Below, one piece after another: positions 49,155-61,620 of a stretch of DNA of 64,000 nt. A program made the position numbers and the translations under genes. How positions within the stretch are numbered: the stretch's first letter is position 1; each line of letters starts with the position of its first letter. Source of the stretch: Macrostomum lignano (lineage: Eukaryota); contig NIVC01001298.1 in NCBI GenBank assembly GCA_002269645.1, forward strand, positions 248,001-312,000. Direction: 5' to 3'. Under the pieces are notes generated by a model. The model had not been told where the DNA came from, did not search any database, and was given only the letters and a program-made list of their open reading frames with translations.

Positions 49155-49616
49155 ATGCAACAGCAAGGAAACGCCATCAGCGAGAGCCAGCTGGAGGCCC
49201 TGGTGGCAGCCTGCGTCAAAGCTGCCGAGTTCTCGTATTCGCCCTACAGCGGCTATCGAGTCGGAGCGGCGCTGCTCACGGACTCGCCGGAGCCGGTCAT
49301 CATCCCGGGCTGCAATGTGGAGAATTGCACCTATCCCGACGGCTGCTGCGCCGAGAAGACCGCCATTGTCAAGGCGGTGTCGGAAGGCCACCGGAGATTC
49401 CTGGCCCTGGCGGTGACCATCGCCATTCAGGGAGACGATCATCCGAGAATGTGCGGCTCCTGCCGGCAGGTGGTGGCGGAGTTCTGCGGCGACCAGTTCC
49501 CCATCTACTTGGTCCGCTACAGGGACCGGGACTGCCAAATGGTGCGCCTGGGTGACTACCTGCCTGCGGCGTTCCGGCCCAGCATCCTGGCTCAGGACCG
49601 AAGTGCAGCTGACTGA
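49155..49616 (+). CDS. CDA: Cytidine deaminase (homotetrameric type), 153 aa, intronless
   Basis: YSPYSGYRVGAALL, GCNVENCTY, CAEKTAI, MCGSCRQVVAEF, LPAAF. Confidence 0.9.
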   Translation: MQQQGNAISESQLEALVAACVKAAEFSYSPYSGYRVGAALLTDSPEPVIIPGCNVENCTYPDGCCAEKTAIVKAVSEGHRRFLALAVTIAIQGDDHPRMCGSCRQVVAEFCGDQFPIYLVRYRDRDCQMVRLGDYLPAAFRPSILAQDRSAAD

Positions 49617-49673
49617 CTGACTGACTGACTGACTGACTGACTGACTGTCTGCCTGCCTGCCTGCCTGCCTGCC

Positions 49674-49758
<85 letters not shown>

Positions 49759-49761
49759 GCC

Positions 49762-49808
<47 letters not shown>

Positions 49809-49857
49809 CTGCCTGTCTGTCTGTCTGTCTGACTGTCTGTCTGTCTGTCTGTCTGCC

Positions 49858-49948
<91 letters not shown>

Positions 49949-49950
49949 GA
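49609..49950. repeat. Compound (CTGA)n-(CTGC)n-(CTGT)n microsatellite
   Basis: Direct observation. Confidence 0.97.
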
Positions 49951-50344
49951 CTAAGTATCTACATCCTGCGAACAATATCACATATATTACATGAGATTAT
50001 TAATCAAGTAAATCTAGGTACTTTCTATAACCAGACTGCAGAGCGTTATCAGATAAAAGTATACACAGCAGTGCGTTGCGCCGTCTCGTAGAGGTGCGGC
50101 TCCTACCGGTTAGAGTTCACGTGCTTGCGTGTCAAAACAAATTTTCTATATCTGCGAAGTTCCGCATGTTCTGTTCTGTTAATTACATGGATTAGCAGTA
50201 GATAATATAATTCAGCAAGACAGACTTGCATGGTTTTTTATTCTTACCATGTTTCACTTGTATTAATTACTAAATTGTACTGCCTGGTGTTAAACGGGTT
50301 AATTTTGGCGTGAACTGATAGCATGTCAGTGACAGCTAGCATCC

Positions 50345-50598
50345 TGTCTAACAGTTGTGAGTGACACTATCCTCTGTCTAACAGGCGTGACACTATCCCC
50401 TGTCTAACAGGTGTGACAACAACCTCTGCCTAACAGTTGTGACACTATCCCCTGTCTAACAGGTGTGACACTATCCCCTGTCTAACAGGTGTGACACTAT
50501 ACCGGCCCTGTCTAACAGGTGTGACACCAACCTCTGCCTAACAGGTGTGACACTATCCCGTCTAACAGGTGTGACACTATCCCCTGTCTAACAGGTGA
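50345..50598. repeat. ~26-bp minisatellite (CCCCTGTCTAACAGGTGTGACACTAT)
   Basis: Direct tandem repetition. Confidence 0.85.
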
Positions 50599-50737
50599 AG
50601 CACAGGTGTTAATCATTTCTGGCAGTTCCAGTTACGAATAGCAAAATGGACAGCCAGCACCAAATGGTATTAGAGTGGCCCAAGCTCATCTTGAATACAT
50701 GCACACATCAAGTTCAAGCGTCAAGGACAGCCAATGT

Positions 50738-53221
50738 TTAGCTCCGGTCCACCAGCAGGCACTCAGGTCGAAATGCCTCAGGCAGGCACTCGCCCAGCAG
50801 CCGTTTCACGAACTGCCCATCGTCCGATCGCACTAAGTAGATTGGGAAGTCTTCCCCGCAGAACTCGCACATGAGCTGCCGGCAGGAGCCGCAGAGGCGC
50901 GGGAATTCCCCTGGCCTGCAGGGAGTTGACACGGCCAGAGCTGTGAAGCTTCGGTGACCTCTCGCCACAGCTGAGCACACAGCCGTCTTCTCGGCGCAGT
51001 TCGTGTTGGGATAGGCGCAGTTCTCTACGTTGCAGCCGGGGACAATGTCTGTGCCGTTGGATAGGAGCAGGGCGGCGCCCACCTGGAGACAGAATTTTGA
51101 TGCCGAAAATGATGCAGTATTAGCTAATACGTCTGTATTTTGCTGCGGCATGTACTTCGATGCATTAAGTTCTGTAATTAGTGTTTTATTCTCCTTAATT
51201 AGTGTATTAGTCTCCTTAATTAGTGCATTAGTCTCCTTAATTAGTGTATTAGTCTCTTTAATCAGTGTATTAGTCTCCTTAGTTAGTGTATTAGTCTCCT
51301 TAATTAGTGTATTAGTCTCCTTAGTTAGTGTATTAGTCTCCTTAATTAGTGTATTAGTCTCCTTAGTTAGTGTATTAGTCTCCTTAATCAGTGTATTTAG
51401 ACTCCTTAATTAGTGTATTAGTCTCCTTAATTAGTGTATTAGTCTCCTTAGTTAGTGTATTAGTCTCCTTAATTAGTGTATTAGTCTCCTTAGTTAGTGT
51501 ATTAGTCTCCTTAATTAGTGTATTTAGACTCCTTAATTAGTGTATTAGTCTCCTTAATTAGTGCATTAGTCTCCTTAATTAGTGTATTAGTCTCTTTAAT
51601 CAGTGTATTAGTCTCCTTAGTTAGTGTATTAGTCTCCTTAATTAGTGTATTAGTCTCCTTAGTTAGTGTATTAGTCTCCTTAATTAGTGTATTAGTCTCC
51701 TTAGTTAGTGTATTAGTCTCCTTAATCAGTGTATTTAGACTCCTTAATTAGTGTATTAGTCTCCTTAATTAGTGTATTAGTCTCCTTAGTTAGTGTATTA
51801 GTCTCCTTAATTAGTGTATTAGTCTCCTTAGTTAGTGTATTAGTCTCCTTAATTAGTGTATTTAGACTCCTTAATTAGTGTATTAGTCTCCTTAATTAGT
51901 GTATTAGTCTCCTTAGTTAGTGTATTAGTCTCCTTAATTAGTGTATTAGTCTCCTTAATTAGTGTATTAGTCTCCTTAGTTAGTGTATTAGTCTCCTTAA
52001 TCAGTGTATTTAGACTCCTTAATTAGTGTATTAGTCTCCTTAATTAGTGTATTAGTCTCCTTAGTTAGTGTATTAGTCTCCTTAATTAGTGTATTAGTCT
52101 CCTTAGTTAGTGTATTAGTCTCCTTAATCAGTGTATTTAGACTCCTTAATTAGTGTATTAGTCTCCTTAATTAGTGTATTAGTCTCCTTAGTTAGTGTAT
52201 TAGTCTCCTTAATTAGTGTATTAGTCTCCTTAGTTAGTGTATTAGTCTCCTTAATTAGTGTATTTAGACTCCTTAATTAGTGTATTAGTCTCCTTAATTA
52301 GTGTATTAGTCTCCTTAATTAGTGTATTAGTCTCCTTAATTAGTGTATTTAGACTCCTTAATTAGTGTATTAGTCTCCTTAATTAGTGTATTAGTCTCCT
52401 TAGTTAGTGTATTAGTCTCCTTAATCAGTGCATTTAGATTCTTTAATTAGTGTATTAGTCTCCTTAATTAGTGCATTAGTCTCCTTAATTAGTGTATTAG
52501 TCTCCTTAGTTAGTGTATTAGTCTCCTTAATCAGTGTATTTAGATTCCTTAATTAGTGTATTAGTCTCCTTAATTAGTGCATTAGTCTCCTTAATTAGTG
52601 CATTAGTCTCCTTAATTAGTGTATTTAGACTTCTTAATTAGTGCATTAGTCTCCTTAATTAGTGCATTAGTCTCCTTAATTAGTGTATTTAGACTCCTTA
52701 ATTAGTGTATTTAGACTCCTTAATTAGTGCATTAGTCTCTTTAATTAGGATTTTTATTAATCTCCGTAAGTAGTGTCTAGTCTCCTTTATTAGTGTATTA
52801 GGCTTCTTAATTAGTGTATTTAGTCTCTTTAATTAGGGCGTTGCTTTCCTTAATAAGGAATTTAGTCACATTAATTAGTGCATTAGATTCCTTAACTAAT
52901 CCTTTAGTCTCCTAACTCAGTATATTTAGGTTAATAAGCCACCGCATTATAGTCAGCAGGATTATATAATGTCCAAAAATATAAAAAGTTTTTGTTTTCA
53001 AATAGCGAATGCTCTAGACCACTAGCTAAGTTTAATTGACGTTAGTAAGCTACTTGAGTCAGTAGTATAGTCAATGCAAATTAAAACAGTTCATTATAAG
53101 CAATTAAACACAATAAATTGTTCACCTTGTACTTGCTGTAGGGTGCGTGGGCGTTTGAGGCCGCTGCAATGGCAGCCTCCATCAGCTTCTTTGCCTGCTC
53201 CTCGCTGAGCTGCTGTGTCAT
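50738..53221 (-). CDS. CDA: Cytidine deaminase paralog 2, 146 aa; exons 53221-53126 and 51082-50738
   Basis: Exon 1 MTQQLSEEQAKKLMEAAIAAASNAHAPYSKYK joins by a phase-0 GT-AG intron to VGAALLL...GCNVENCAY...CAEKTAV...LCGSCRQLMCEF...LPEAF. Confidence 0.9.
51170..52920. repeat. 21/22-bp AT-rich minisatellite (TTAATTAGTGTATTAGTCTCC) with higher-order blocks, filling the CDA2 intron
   Basis: Direct tandem repetition; the variant order recurs in blocks. Confidence 0.95.
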
Positions 53222-53324
53222 GTCGGCTTCAGATTGCAAATTTCCGGAGCAGATTATATCAGCTTTTAGACTATGGCTGCCGGTGATTGTAGATTCGAAC
53301 AGGTTCTGTGTAACAAGTTCTTGT

Positions 53325-54722
53325 ATCTAACAGGTTGGTTAACAGGCTGTTGTGTCTAGCAGGTTATTGTTTATCGGGTTGTTGTGTCTAACAGATTGTT
53401 TTTGTGTCTAACAGGTTGTTGTGTCTAACAGGTTGTTTGGTGTATAACAGGTTGTTTGGTGTCTAACAGGTTGTTTGGTGTCTAACAGGTTGTTTGGTGT
53501 CTACAAAGCTGTTGTGTCTAACAGGTTGTTTGGTGTCTAACAGGTTGTTTGGTGTCTAACAGGTTGTTTGGTGTCTAACAAGCTGTTGTGTCTAACAGGT
53601 TATTGTCTATCGGGTTGTTGTGTCTAACAGGTTGTTTGGTGTCTAACAGGCTGTTGTGTCTAACAGGCTGTTGTGTCTAACAGGTTATTGTCTATCGGGT
53701 TGTTGTGTCTAACAGGTTGTTTGGTGTCTAACAGGCTGTTGTGTCTAACAGGCTGTTGTGTCTAACAGGTTATTGTCTATCGGGTTGTTGTGTCTAACAG
53801 GTTGTTTGGTGTCTAACAGGCTGTTGTGTCTAACAGGCTGTTGTGTCTAACAGGCTGTTGTGTCTAACAGGCTGTTGTGTCTAACAGGTTGTTTGGTGTC
53901 TAACAGGCTGTTGTGTCTAACAGGCTGTTGTGTCTAACAGGTTATTGTCTATCAGGTTGTTGTGTCTAACAGGTTGTTTGGTGTCTAACAGGCTGTTGTG
54001 TCTAACAGGCTGTTGTGTCTAACAGGCTGTTGTGTCTAACAGGCTGTTGTGTCTAACAGGCTGTTGTGTCTAACAGGTTGTTTGGTGTCTAACAGGTTGT
54101 TGTGTCTAGCAGGCTGTTGTGTCTAACAGGCTGTTGTGTCTAACAGGTTGTTTGGTGTCTAACATGCTGTTGTGTCTAACAGGTTGTTTGGTGTCTAACA
54201 GGCTGTTGTGTCTAACAGGCTGTTGTGTCTAACAGGTTATTGTCTATCGGGTTGTTGTGTCTAACAGGTTGTTTGGTGTCTAACAGGCTGTTGTGTCTAA
54301 CAGGTTGTTTGGTGTCTAACAGGTTGTTGTGTCTAGCAGGCTGTTGTGTCTAACAGGCTGTTGTGTCTAACATGCTGTTGTGTCTAACAGGTTGTTTGGT
54401 GTCTAACAGGCTGTTGTGTCTAACAGGCTGTTGTGTCTAACAGGCTGTTGTGTCTAACAGGCTGTTGTGTCTAACAGGTTATTGTCTATCGGGTTGTTGT
54501 GTCCAACAGGTTGTTTGGTGTCTAACAGGCTGTTGTGTCTAACAGGCTGTTGTGTCTAACAGGCTGTTGTGTCTAACAGGTTGTTTGGTGTCTAACAGGT
54601 TGTTTGGTGTCTAACAGGCTGTTGTGTCTAACAGGTTGTTGTGTCTAACAGGCTGTTGTGTCTAACAGGTTGTTTGGTGTCTAACAGGCTGTTGTGTCTA
54701 ACAGGTTGTTTGGTGTCTAACA
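53325..54722. repeat. 17/19-bp minisatellite (CTAACAGGCTGTTGTGT / CTAACAGGTTGTTTGGTGT)
   Basis: Direct tandem repetition. Confidence 0.95.
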
Positions 54723-55334
54723 TGGCCCGTCTAAATAAAAAATTCGATGTTTCAAAATGCTTGACAGCTTTGGCACACTCACCTGCTCTGTGTGAATACA
54801 GTAATGCAATTATATACTCGAAACGTAAAACTCGGAGCCTTTGTTAAAAACCACAAATGGAAAAAATGATAAGCTATTTAAGCAAAAATTGATTCCCCAA
54901 ATAAATAATTTGGCATTCATGTAAGAAGGTGCACCGGACACCCAACCGGCCGGTGTTAGATAAGGTCAGTTAAGGCCAAGGGTAGCCTGGTACCGTCTTA
55001 TCAGTACCACCTGTTACTAAACTAACCTGGACGTGACACATTTCTGTTTGTCTCGACTGGGTTTTATCAGAACTCAGCAGTGAACGAAAATTGCTATAAA
55101 TTTATTTTGCTGCATGCATTGGCCACACTATAATTATGGGTTTTACCAGTAATTTTAATAGCCGTGGGAAAAAATCACCCTGGCTCTCTCTGTCAGACTT
55201 CAATTGACAGTGTTTAGTTTACTTCGGATTTTATAGTGGTGATTTTTTAATTACCTAATGTCTAGAAATATTAATTCTCAATGCTCACGAAGTGTATATC
55301 CTCTCTAACTCCATCTTGAATAACTCTAAATCTT

Positions 55335-55960
55335 TAGGAACTCTACATCTTCACCAACTCATCATATTCACCAACTGTACATCTTCACAAGCTCTAAATC
55401 TTCACAAACTCTACATCTTCACCAACTCTACATCTTCACCAACTCTACATCTTCACCAACTCTAAATCTTCACCAACTCTAAATCTTCACCAACTCTAAA
55501 TCTTCACCAACTCTACATCTTCACCAACTCTACATCTTCACCAACTCTACATCTTCACCAACTCTACATCTTCACCAACTCTACATCTTCACCAACTCTA
55601 CATCTTCACCAACTCTACATCTTCACCAACTCTACATCTTCACCAACTCTAAATCTTCACCAACTCTAAATCTTCACCAACTCTAAATCTTCACCAACTC
55701 TACATCTTCACCAACTCTAAATCTTCACCAACTCTAAATCTTCACCAACTCTACATCTTCACCAACTCTAAATCTTCACCAACTCTACATCTTTACCAAC
55801 TCTACATCTTCACCAACTCTAAATATTCACCAACTCTAAATCTTCACCAACTCTACATCTTTACCAACTCTACATCTTCACCAACTCTAAATATTCACCA
55901 ACTCTATATCTTCACAAACTCAATCTTCACAAACTCCTATGTCTTCACTTACTCTACATC
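55335..55960. repeat. 17-bp minisatellite (CTCTA[C/A]ATCTTCACCAA)
   Basis: Direct tandem repetition. Confidence 0.95.
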
Positions 55961-56621
55961 ATCTCCAACTTGAGAACACTGCAACTATGCAAAATACAAT
56001 TCATATAAACAAAATACATTAATTTTTCATTAATTTATAATTTTTAGTTTGAACCAGTCAGCCAACAGAAAAGACTGGTGCTTTAAACCAGCTCAACAAC
56101 TAATCTATTTATTTGTAAAGAAAAACAAAAAAATTGCACAATAAAAGTTCAATATTAATTCAAATTGCAAACAAGTGCGCGCGAGTGCCTGCAGCTACAG
56201 TATTTAAGCCAAAAATATAACTATTTCTTTTAAAGCCGAACCTTACGGAACACGAAATGATGAAAGAAATGAACTGTAATCAGATTCCCGCATGTACACT
56301 TGAAATTTTTATGACATGAATTTATTGTACAAAAAATCTACATAGTAGTATTATAACTTTAAATAGTGCGAACAACAACAGTCAGACACCGCACCAAAAG
56401 ACACACAGCAGTAACAATAGAGGTTAATCGAAGAAAACAATGAAATAGAATTATAATAATATTGACTTGTCTAGCAAATCTAATAAAAATACTTATTTAT
56501 ATTGCATATTCTAGCTAGTACGGTTGTAAAAAAATTGTGATGGACACTTTCGGAAATCGTTCCAGAATTTGCTCATTTCAGACAGCTCAGTTGAGAGGAA
56601 TATTCATTGGATGCTAAAGGG

Positions 56622-57635
56622 ACTCCTGTGTGTGTGTGGCTCCTAACTGAATACTCAGGGAGGGGACAGTGAGTGTGGCTCCCACTGAATACTCAGGGAG
56701 GGGACAGTGTGTGTGTGGCTCCCACTGAATACTTAGGGAGGGGACAGTGTGTGTGGCTCCCACTGAATACTCAGGGAGGGGACAGTGTGTGTGTGTGGCT
56801 CCCACTGAATACTCAGGGAGGGGACAGTGTGTGTGTGTGGCTCCCACTGAATACTCAGGGAGGGGACAGTGTGTGTGTGGCTCCCACTGAATACTCAGGG
56901 AGGGGACAGTGAGTGTGGCTCCCACTGAATACTCAGGGAGGGGACAGTGTGTGTGGCTCCCACTGAATACTCAGGGAGGGGACAGTGTGTGTGGCTCCCA
57001 CTGAATACTCAGGGAGGGGACAGTGTGTGTGTGGCTCCCACTGAATACTTAGGGAGGGGACAGTGTGTGTGGCTCCCACTGAATACTCAGGGAGGGGACA
57101 GTGTGTGTGTGTGGCTCCCACTGAATACTCAGGGAGGGGACAGTGTGTGTGGCTCCCACTGAATACTCAGGGAGGGGACAGTGTGTGTGTGGCTCCCACT
57201 GAATACTCAGGGAGGGGACAGTGTGTGTGTGGCTCCCACTAAATACTCAGGGAGGGGACAGTGTGTGTGTGTGGCTCCCACTGAATACTCAGGGAGGGGA
57301 CAGTGTGTGCGTGTGGCTCCCACTGAATACTCAGGGAGGGGACAGTGTGTGTGTGTGTGTGGCTCCCACTGAATACTCAGGGAGGGGACAGTGTGTGTGT
57401 GGCTCCCACTGAATACTCAGGGAGGGGACAGTGTGTGTGTGTGGCTCCCACTGAATACTCAGGGAGGGGACAGTGTGTGTGTGTGTGGCTCCCACTGAAT
57501 ACTCAGGGAGGGGACAGTGTGTGTGTGGCTCCCACTGAATACTCAGGGAGGGGACAGTGTGTGTGTGGCTCCCACTGATTACTCAGGGAGGGGACAGTGT
57601 GTGTGTGGCTCCCCCTGAATACTCAGGGAGGGGCT
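56622..57635. repeat. Minisatellite GGCTCCCACTGAATACTCAGGGAGGGGACA followed by a variable (GT)n
   Basis: Constant 30-bp block plus a short GT tract of varying length. Confidence 0.95.
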
Positions 57636-57969
57636 AGAAGTCTTTAGTTGTGCTACACAGCAGTGAGCCAGTGCAAACAACAGGAAACTGAAGAGAAGTT
57701 AAAGACAATAGAATCAGCAACAACCAAAGCCATTGCACAGCACAACAAACAGAACATGTCATAACCACTTCAATTTGAAATCAGCTGTTAAAATTTATAC
57801 GTTATGTTTTGCTATTTGATCAAGAAAAATAAACAAATTATAAATCTATATTATTTTGAATCACATCCATCAGAAAATAGCCCAATCCAAAAAATGAAGA
57901 TTTATTACACAGATGACTGATAGCTAATGCATAAAATATTGCACAACTCAGTTCCCCACAGCAACCAGT

Positions 57970-59887
57970 TCACCATTTGTTGATGCCAAAAAGCCGCACT
58001 CGATAGAACATGGGCAGTTTTGGCGCGATGGACAACACCACCAGTGACAGGGCGTTCGCGATGAAATGAATTTGGTCGTAGCGGCTGTAGAATGTGGCCA
58101 GAAGGAACCTGAGAAATAAATATCAAGATAATTAGCGTCCGATATGTATCGAAAAATAACTTTTTAGATGATGAAAACGGTACCTAGGCAGACGCAACCC
58201 CCCTGATTTACACCGGGCGGGCGACTTACTTGTTGACCCAAAATGGGACTTACCTAAACAAATATAACCGTAATTTTGAGTAAACGGAACAAGTAACTAT
58301 GATTGTACTATCAAGGGTAAATGCCTCGTCATCTAATTAGTACTACTTGCAGATTTTTGGGTCACGGTACGAGTCGCCAAAAAGTCGTCATAGAAGCATC
58401 TAAGAGTCTATTTGAGGTGTTTTATTGTCTGCGATTCGGAAACAACTCTGGGTCCGTAGAGTCCTATCTGAGGCGTGTCAAAGTCGCTGAAGTCTACGTC
58501 ACTCTATGAATTAGAATCGCATTTTGCATTCATAACAACTCTATTTAGCCTACTAGAGTTAGTAGAATATTAAGCGCAAAAGCAACGACTCTTAGACGAT
58601 TTTTTTGCTCGTGACTCAACAGGCTCCGTTGCAGTACAGTCGTTTGAGTTGGTAAAAAGTGACAAGAGAGTCGTCCCCTGAGTCGCTAGAGTCACTACTG
58701 AGTTGGTTTGCAATGACTCTTTAGAGCGGGGGTAGGCAAACTCGCCCGCGGGCCACAAGTGGCCCTCGAAACCTGTCTATCCGGCCCTCGGGTCCCTCTC
58801 TTCTCCTTTCTTTCTCTCCCCTCCCCTCTCTTCTCCTTCTTTCTCTCCCCTCTCTTCTCCTTTCTTTCTCTCCCCTCCCCTCTCTTCTCCTTCTTTCTCT
58901 CCCCTCTCTTCTCCTTTCTTTCTCTCCCCTCCCCTCTCCTTCTTTCTCTCCCCTCTCTTCTCCTTTCTTTCTCTCCCCTCCCCTCTCTTCTCCTTCTTTC
59001 TCTCCCCTCTCTTCTCCTTTCTTTCTCTCCCCTCCCCTCTCTTCTCCTTTCTTTCTCTCCCCTCTCTTCTCCTTTCTTTCTCTCCCCTCCCCTCTCTTCT
59101 CCTTTCTTTCTCTCCCCTCCCCTCTCTTCTCCTTTCTTTCTCTCCCCTCTCTTCTCCTTTCTTTCTCTCCCCTCCCCTCTCTTCTCCTTTCTTTCTCTCC
59201 CCTCTCTTCTCCTTTCTTTCTCTCCCCTCTCTTCTCCTTTCTTTCTCTCCCCTCTCTTCTCCTTTCTTTCTCTCCCCTCTCTTCTCCTTTCTTTCTCTCC
59301 CCTCTCTTCTCCTTTCTTTCTCTCCCCTCTCTTCTCCTTTCTTCTCTCCCCCTCTCTTCTCTCCTCTTTTATTTGTTCTCTCATCCTACCTATATTATCT
59401 CCCCTCCCCTTTCCACTCCTATCTGGCTCACAGACATGAGCTGAATTTTCAATTCTGGCCCTGGAGGTAAAAAAGTTCGCCAACCCCTGCTTTAGAGCGA
59501 TGCTTGTCCCAGCAACGATTTTAGTGGGAATGAATGACTAGTTGTCATAATTTGAACTCACACAACAGTGGGCACGACAAGCAGAAACTTCTTGTTAGCA
59601 GTGAACTGCACGCCATCGTCCAGCTGCTCCCAGTGGGTCAGGGTTCGGCTCTCGCCCTGGTCCAGCGGCTCAAATGGAGCGCCCTTCTCCCAGTGCAGCC
59701 ACAAGTACGTGATGAAATTGTGCACCTGACAGGTGAGGGTCCAGGCTAATCCAACACTGATGAAAGGAATTGACAGAATGATGAAGTGAGCAATCAGGAT
59801 GAAGATTATGTAGGTCATCCAGATGCCCCGAGAATTAAAGTAGATGTGGTTAGGATTTGGGTCCGAGTGGGCTGTGCCGACTTGCAT
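57970..59887 (-). CDS. ORMDL: ORM1-like protein (serine palmitoyltransferase regulator), 154 aa; exons 59887-59562 and 58108-57970
   Basis: NPN...NSRGIW, LHWEKGAPFEPLDQGESRTLTHWEQLDDGVQFTANKKFL, and after a phase-2 intron FLLATFYSRYDQIHF...PKLP...VRLFGINKW*. Confidence 0.96.
58727..59489. mobile_element. Non-autonomous hAT element (MITE) in ORMDL intron, with internal CT-rich repeat (58795-59365)
   Basis: TIRs CGGGGGTAGGCAAAC / CAGGGGTTGGCGAAC; perfect 8-bp TSD CTTTAGAG (58719-58726, 59490-59497). Confidence 0.88.
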
Positions 59888-61620
59888 GGCTTGCTTGCTT
59901 TGCTGAAAGCATGATATTTAATTGAATAATTAATTGGACTCCTATCAAATATATAAAACCAATAATATATAACTTTTTTTAATTTACTAGCATTAGGACT
60001 TCTTAATCAACCTTAAATTTCTAAGAATATTTGCACTTATTAAGGTGCTACACAAAGTAATTTTAGCTATTTTTGTTAAATAATAAATAATCTAACAACA
60101 AAATATCTCATTGCTAGTATCCCAAGTCAAAAAGTGTATATGTCTAATCAATTTGAAATTCAAAGTTGCTATATATTGTATAAGAATATATAAATTTAAA
60201 TATAATATAATTGTAGTATCTGAATGTATTTGCTTTAGAGTGAATAGAATAAATAAAATTTGCTTAGTGTTAATTATAAGACAATGCTATTAAGAGTGCC
60301 ATACAAGGTACCTACGAACTAGCTGCAAAATTAGCTGCTATTATTATTATTATTGTTATTATTATTATTATTGATAAAAACATTGACTTTTCAAGGTACA
60401 AAATTGCAGCAATAGTGTAATAGATATTATTAGTATATTATTATATTAATAATATTATATTACATAAAAAAACTGAAAAAACCTAGCCTATGTTTTTTGC
60501 TGATACTAAGTTTTGAAATTACATATAGAGTCTAACTTCAAGATGCTATAGGCCTAATACATCTATTGCAAAAAATTCCCTATTACGAATTTACGATATA
60601 GTTCGTATTGAAAAATATTTGCTAACGAGATATTCTAGCATTCGTGCTAATGTGTTTTAAGGTCAGCGTTGACAGACAGAAGCTTTTCAACATGATAACT
60701 TATGAGTCAACTCGTATGTCTTCTGTGTTTAAAAAGGCTTTAAAGTCACTGATATACTAGAGGCACACACGTTATCTAAGCTCGTGCTAGTAGCAGCACG
60801 GAGAGTGTCACCGTCAGGCGACAGACCGTACCAGTACCAGTCAAAAAAAGATTACGGTCAAACAACTTGAAACTTTAAGATAAGAAATAAAAACATATAA
60901 TATCGCAATGCAATAAATCCATAAAGTCTAAATTCTAGGAACATTAGGGGCATGTTGAATTTCTAAAGGCTCAGTATAACTAGTTAAAACAAACAATACT
61001 ATGTTTTTTTCATACTTACAGTGTAAATTTTTTTACAAGCATTCAGATGTAAAATTTATAAATGTATAAACATTTTAAAATATTTAATACTGTTTTTAAA
61101 AGAAGTTTTTTAGCTTTATGCGAAATTTTAGTTTGATGGAATTATAGCATTTTTGCGACGTGACTTTAATCGCAAATCTTTTATATTAAGCTAAAATGCC
61201 TATCTTTTCATCTAGTGTACGGCCTAAATGTGACCTAACAGTCACTCGCTACAAAAATTTCTCGGTCCAAATCTGGTAAGTTTAGTTAGAGAGCATATGG
61301 AGCATATATTTTGAGAAATTTATATCAGTACAGAATGGACGCTTGTAAAACGGTAAGATTTTTAGATAAAATACTAATTTGTCGTTAGCGCACTTCACTT
61401 ACTAATGACAGGATCTACACAGAAATATAAAGCAAAATTCGTTCTTTGTGGAGCACATTGTGGAGCACAGACTAGTTAAGCCAAAAAATTTTGATGATGG
61501 CCTTAAAATATATTAAAATAATTTGTTCATATAACTTTGTAAGTTTAATCAGATGTACAATTTAAAATTCTAGAAATACGACTTTGAATCTTAAAATTGA
61601 TGCCATTTAAATCTCCTCAG

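Noticed and set aside
48787-49416. 209-aa ORF overlapping CDA1 and the antisense ORF 49110-49538
   Set aside because: Off-frame overlaps of the CDA coding sequence with no recognisable motifs
49155-53221. Calling the deaminases AID/APOBEC-like
   Set aside because: CxE zinc motif, NVEN motif and ~150-aa size place them with tetrameric free-nucleoside CDAs
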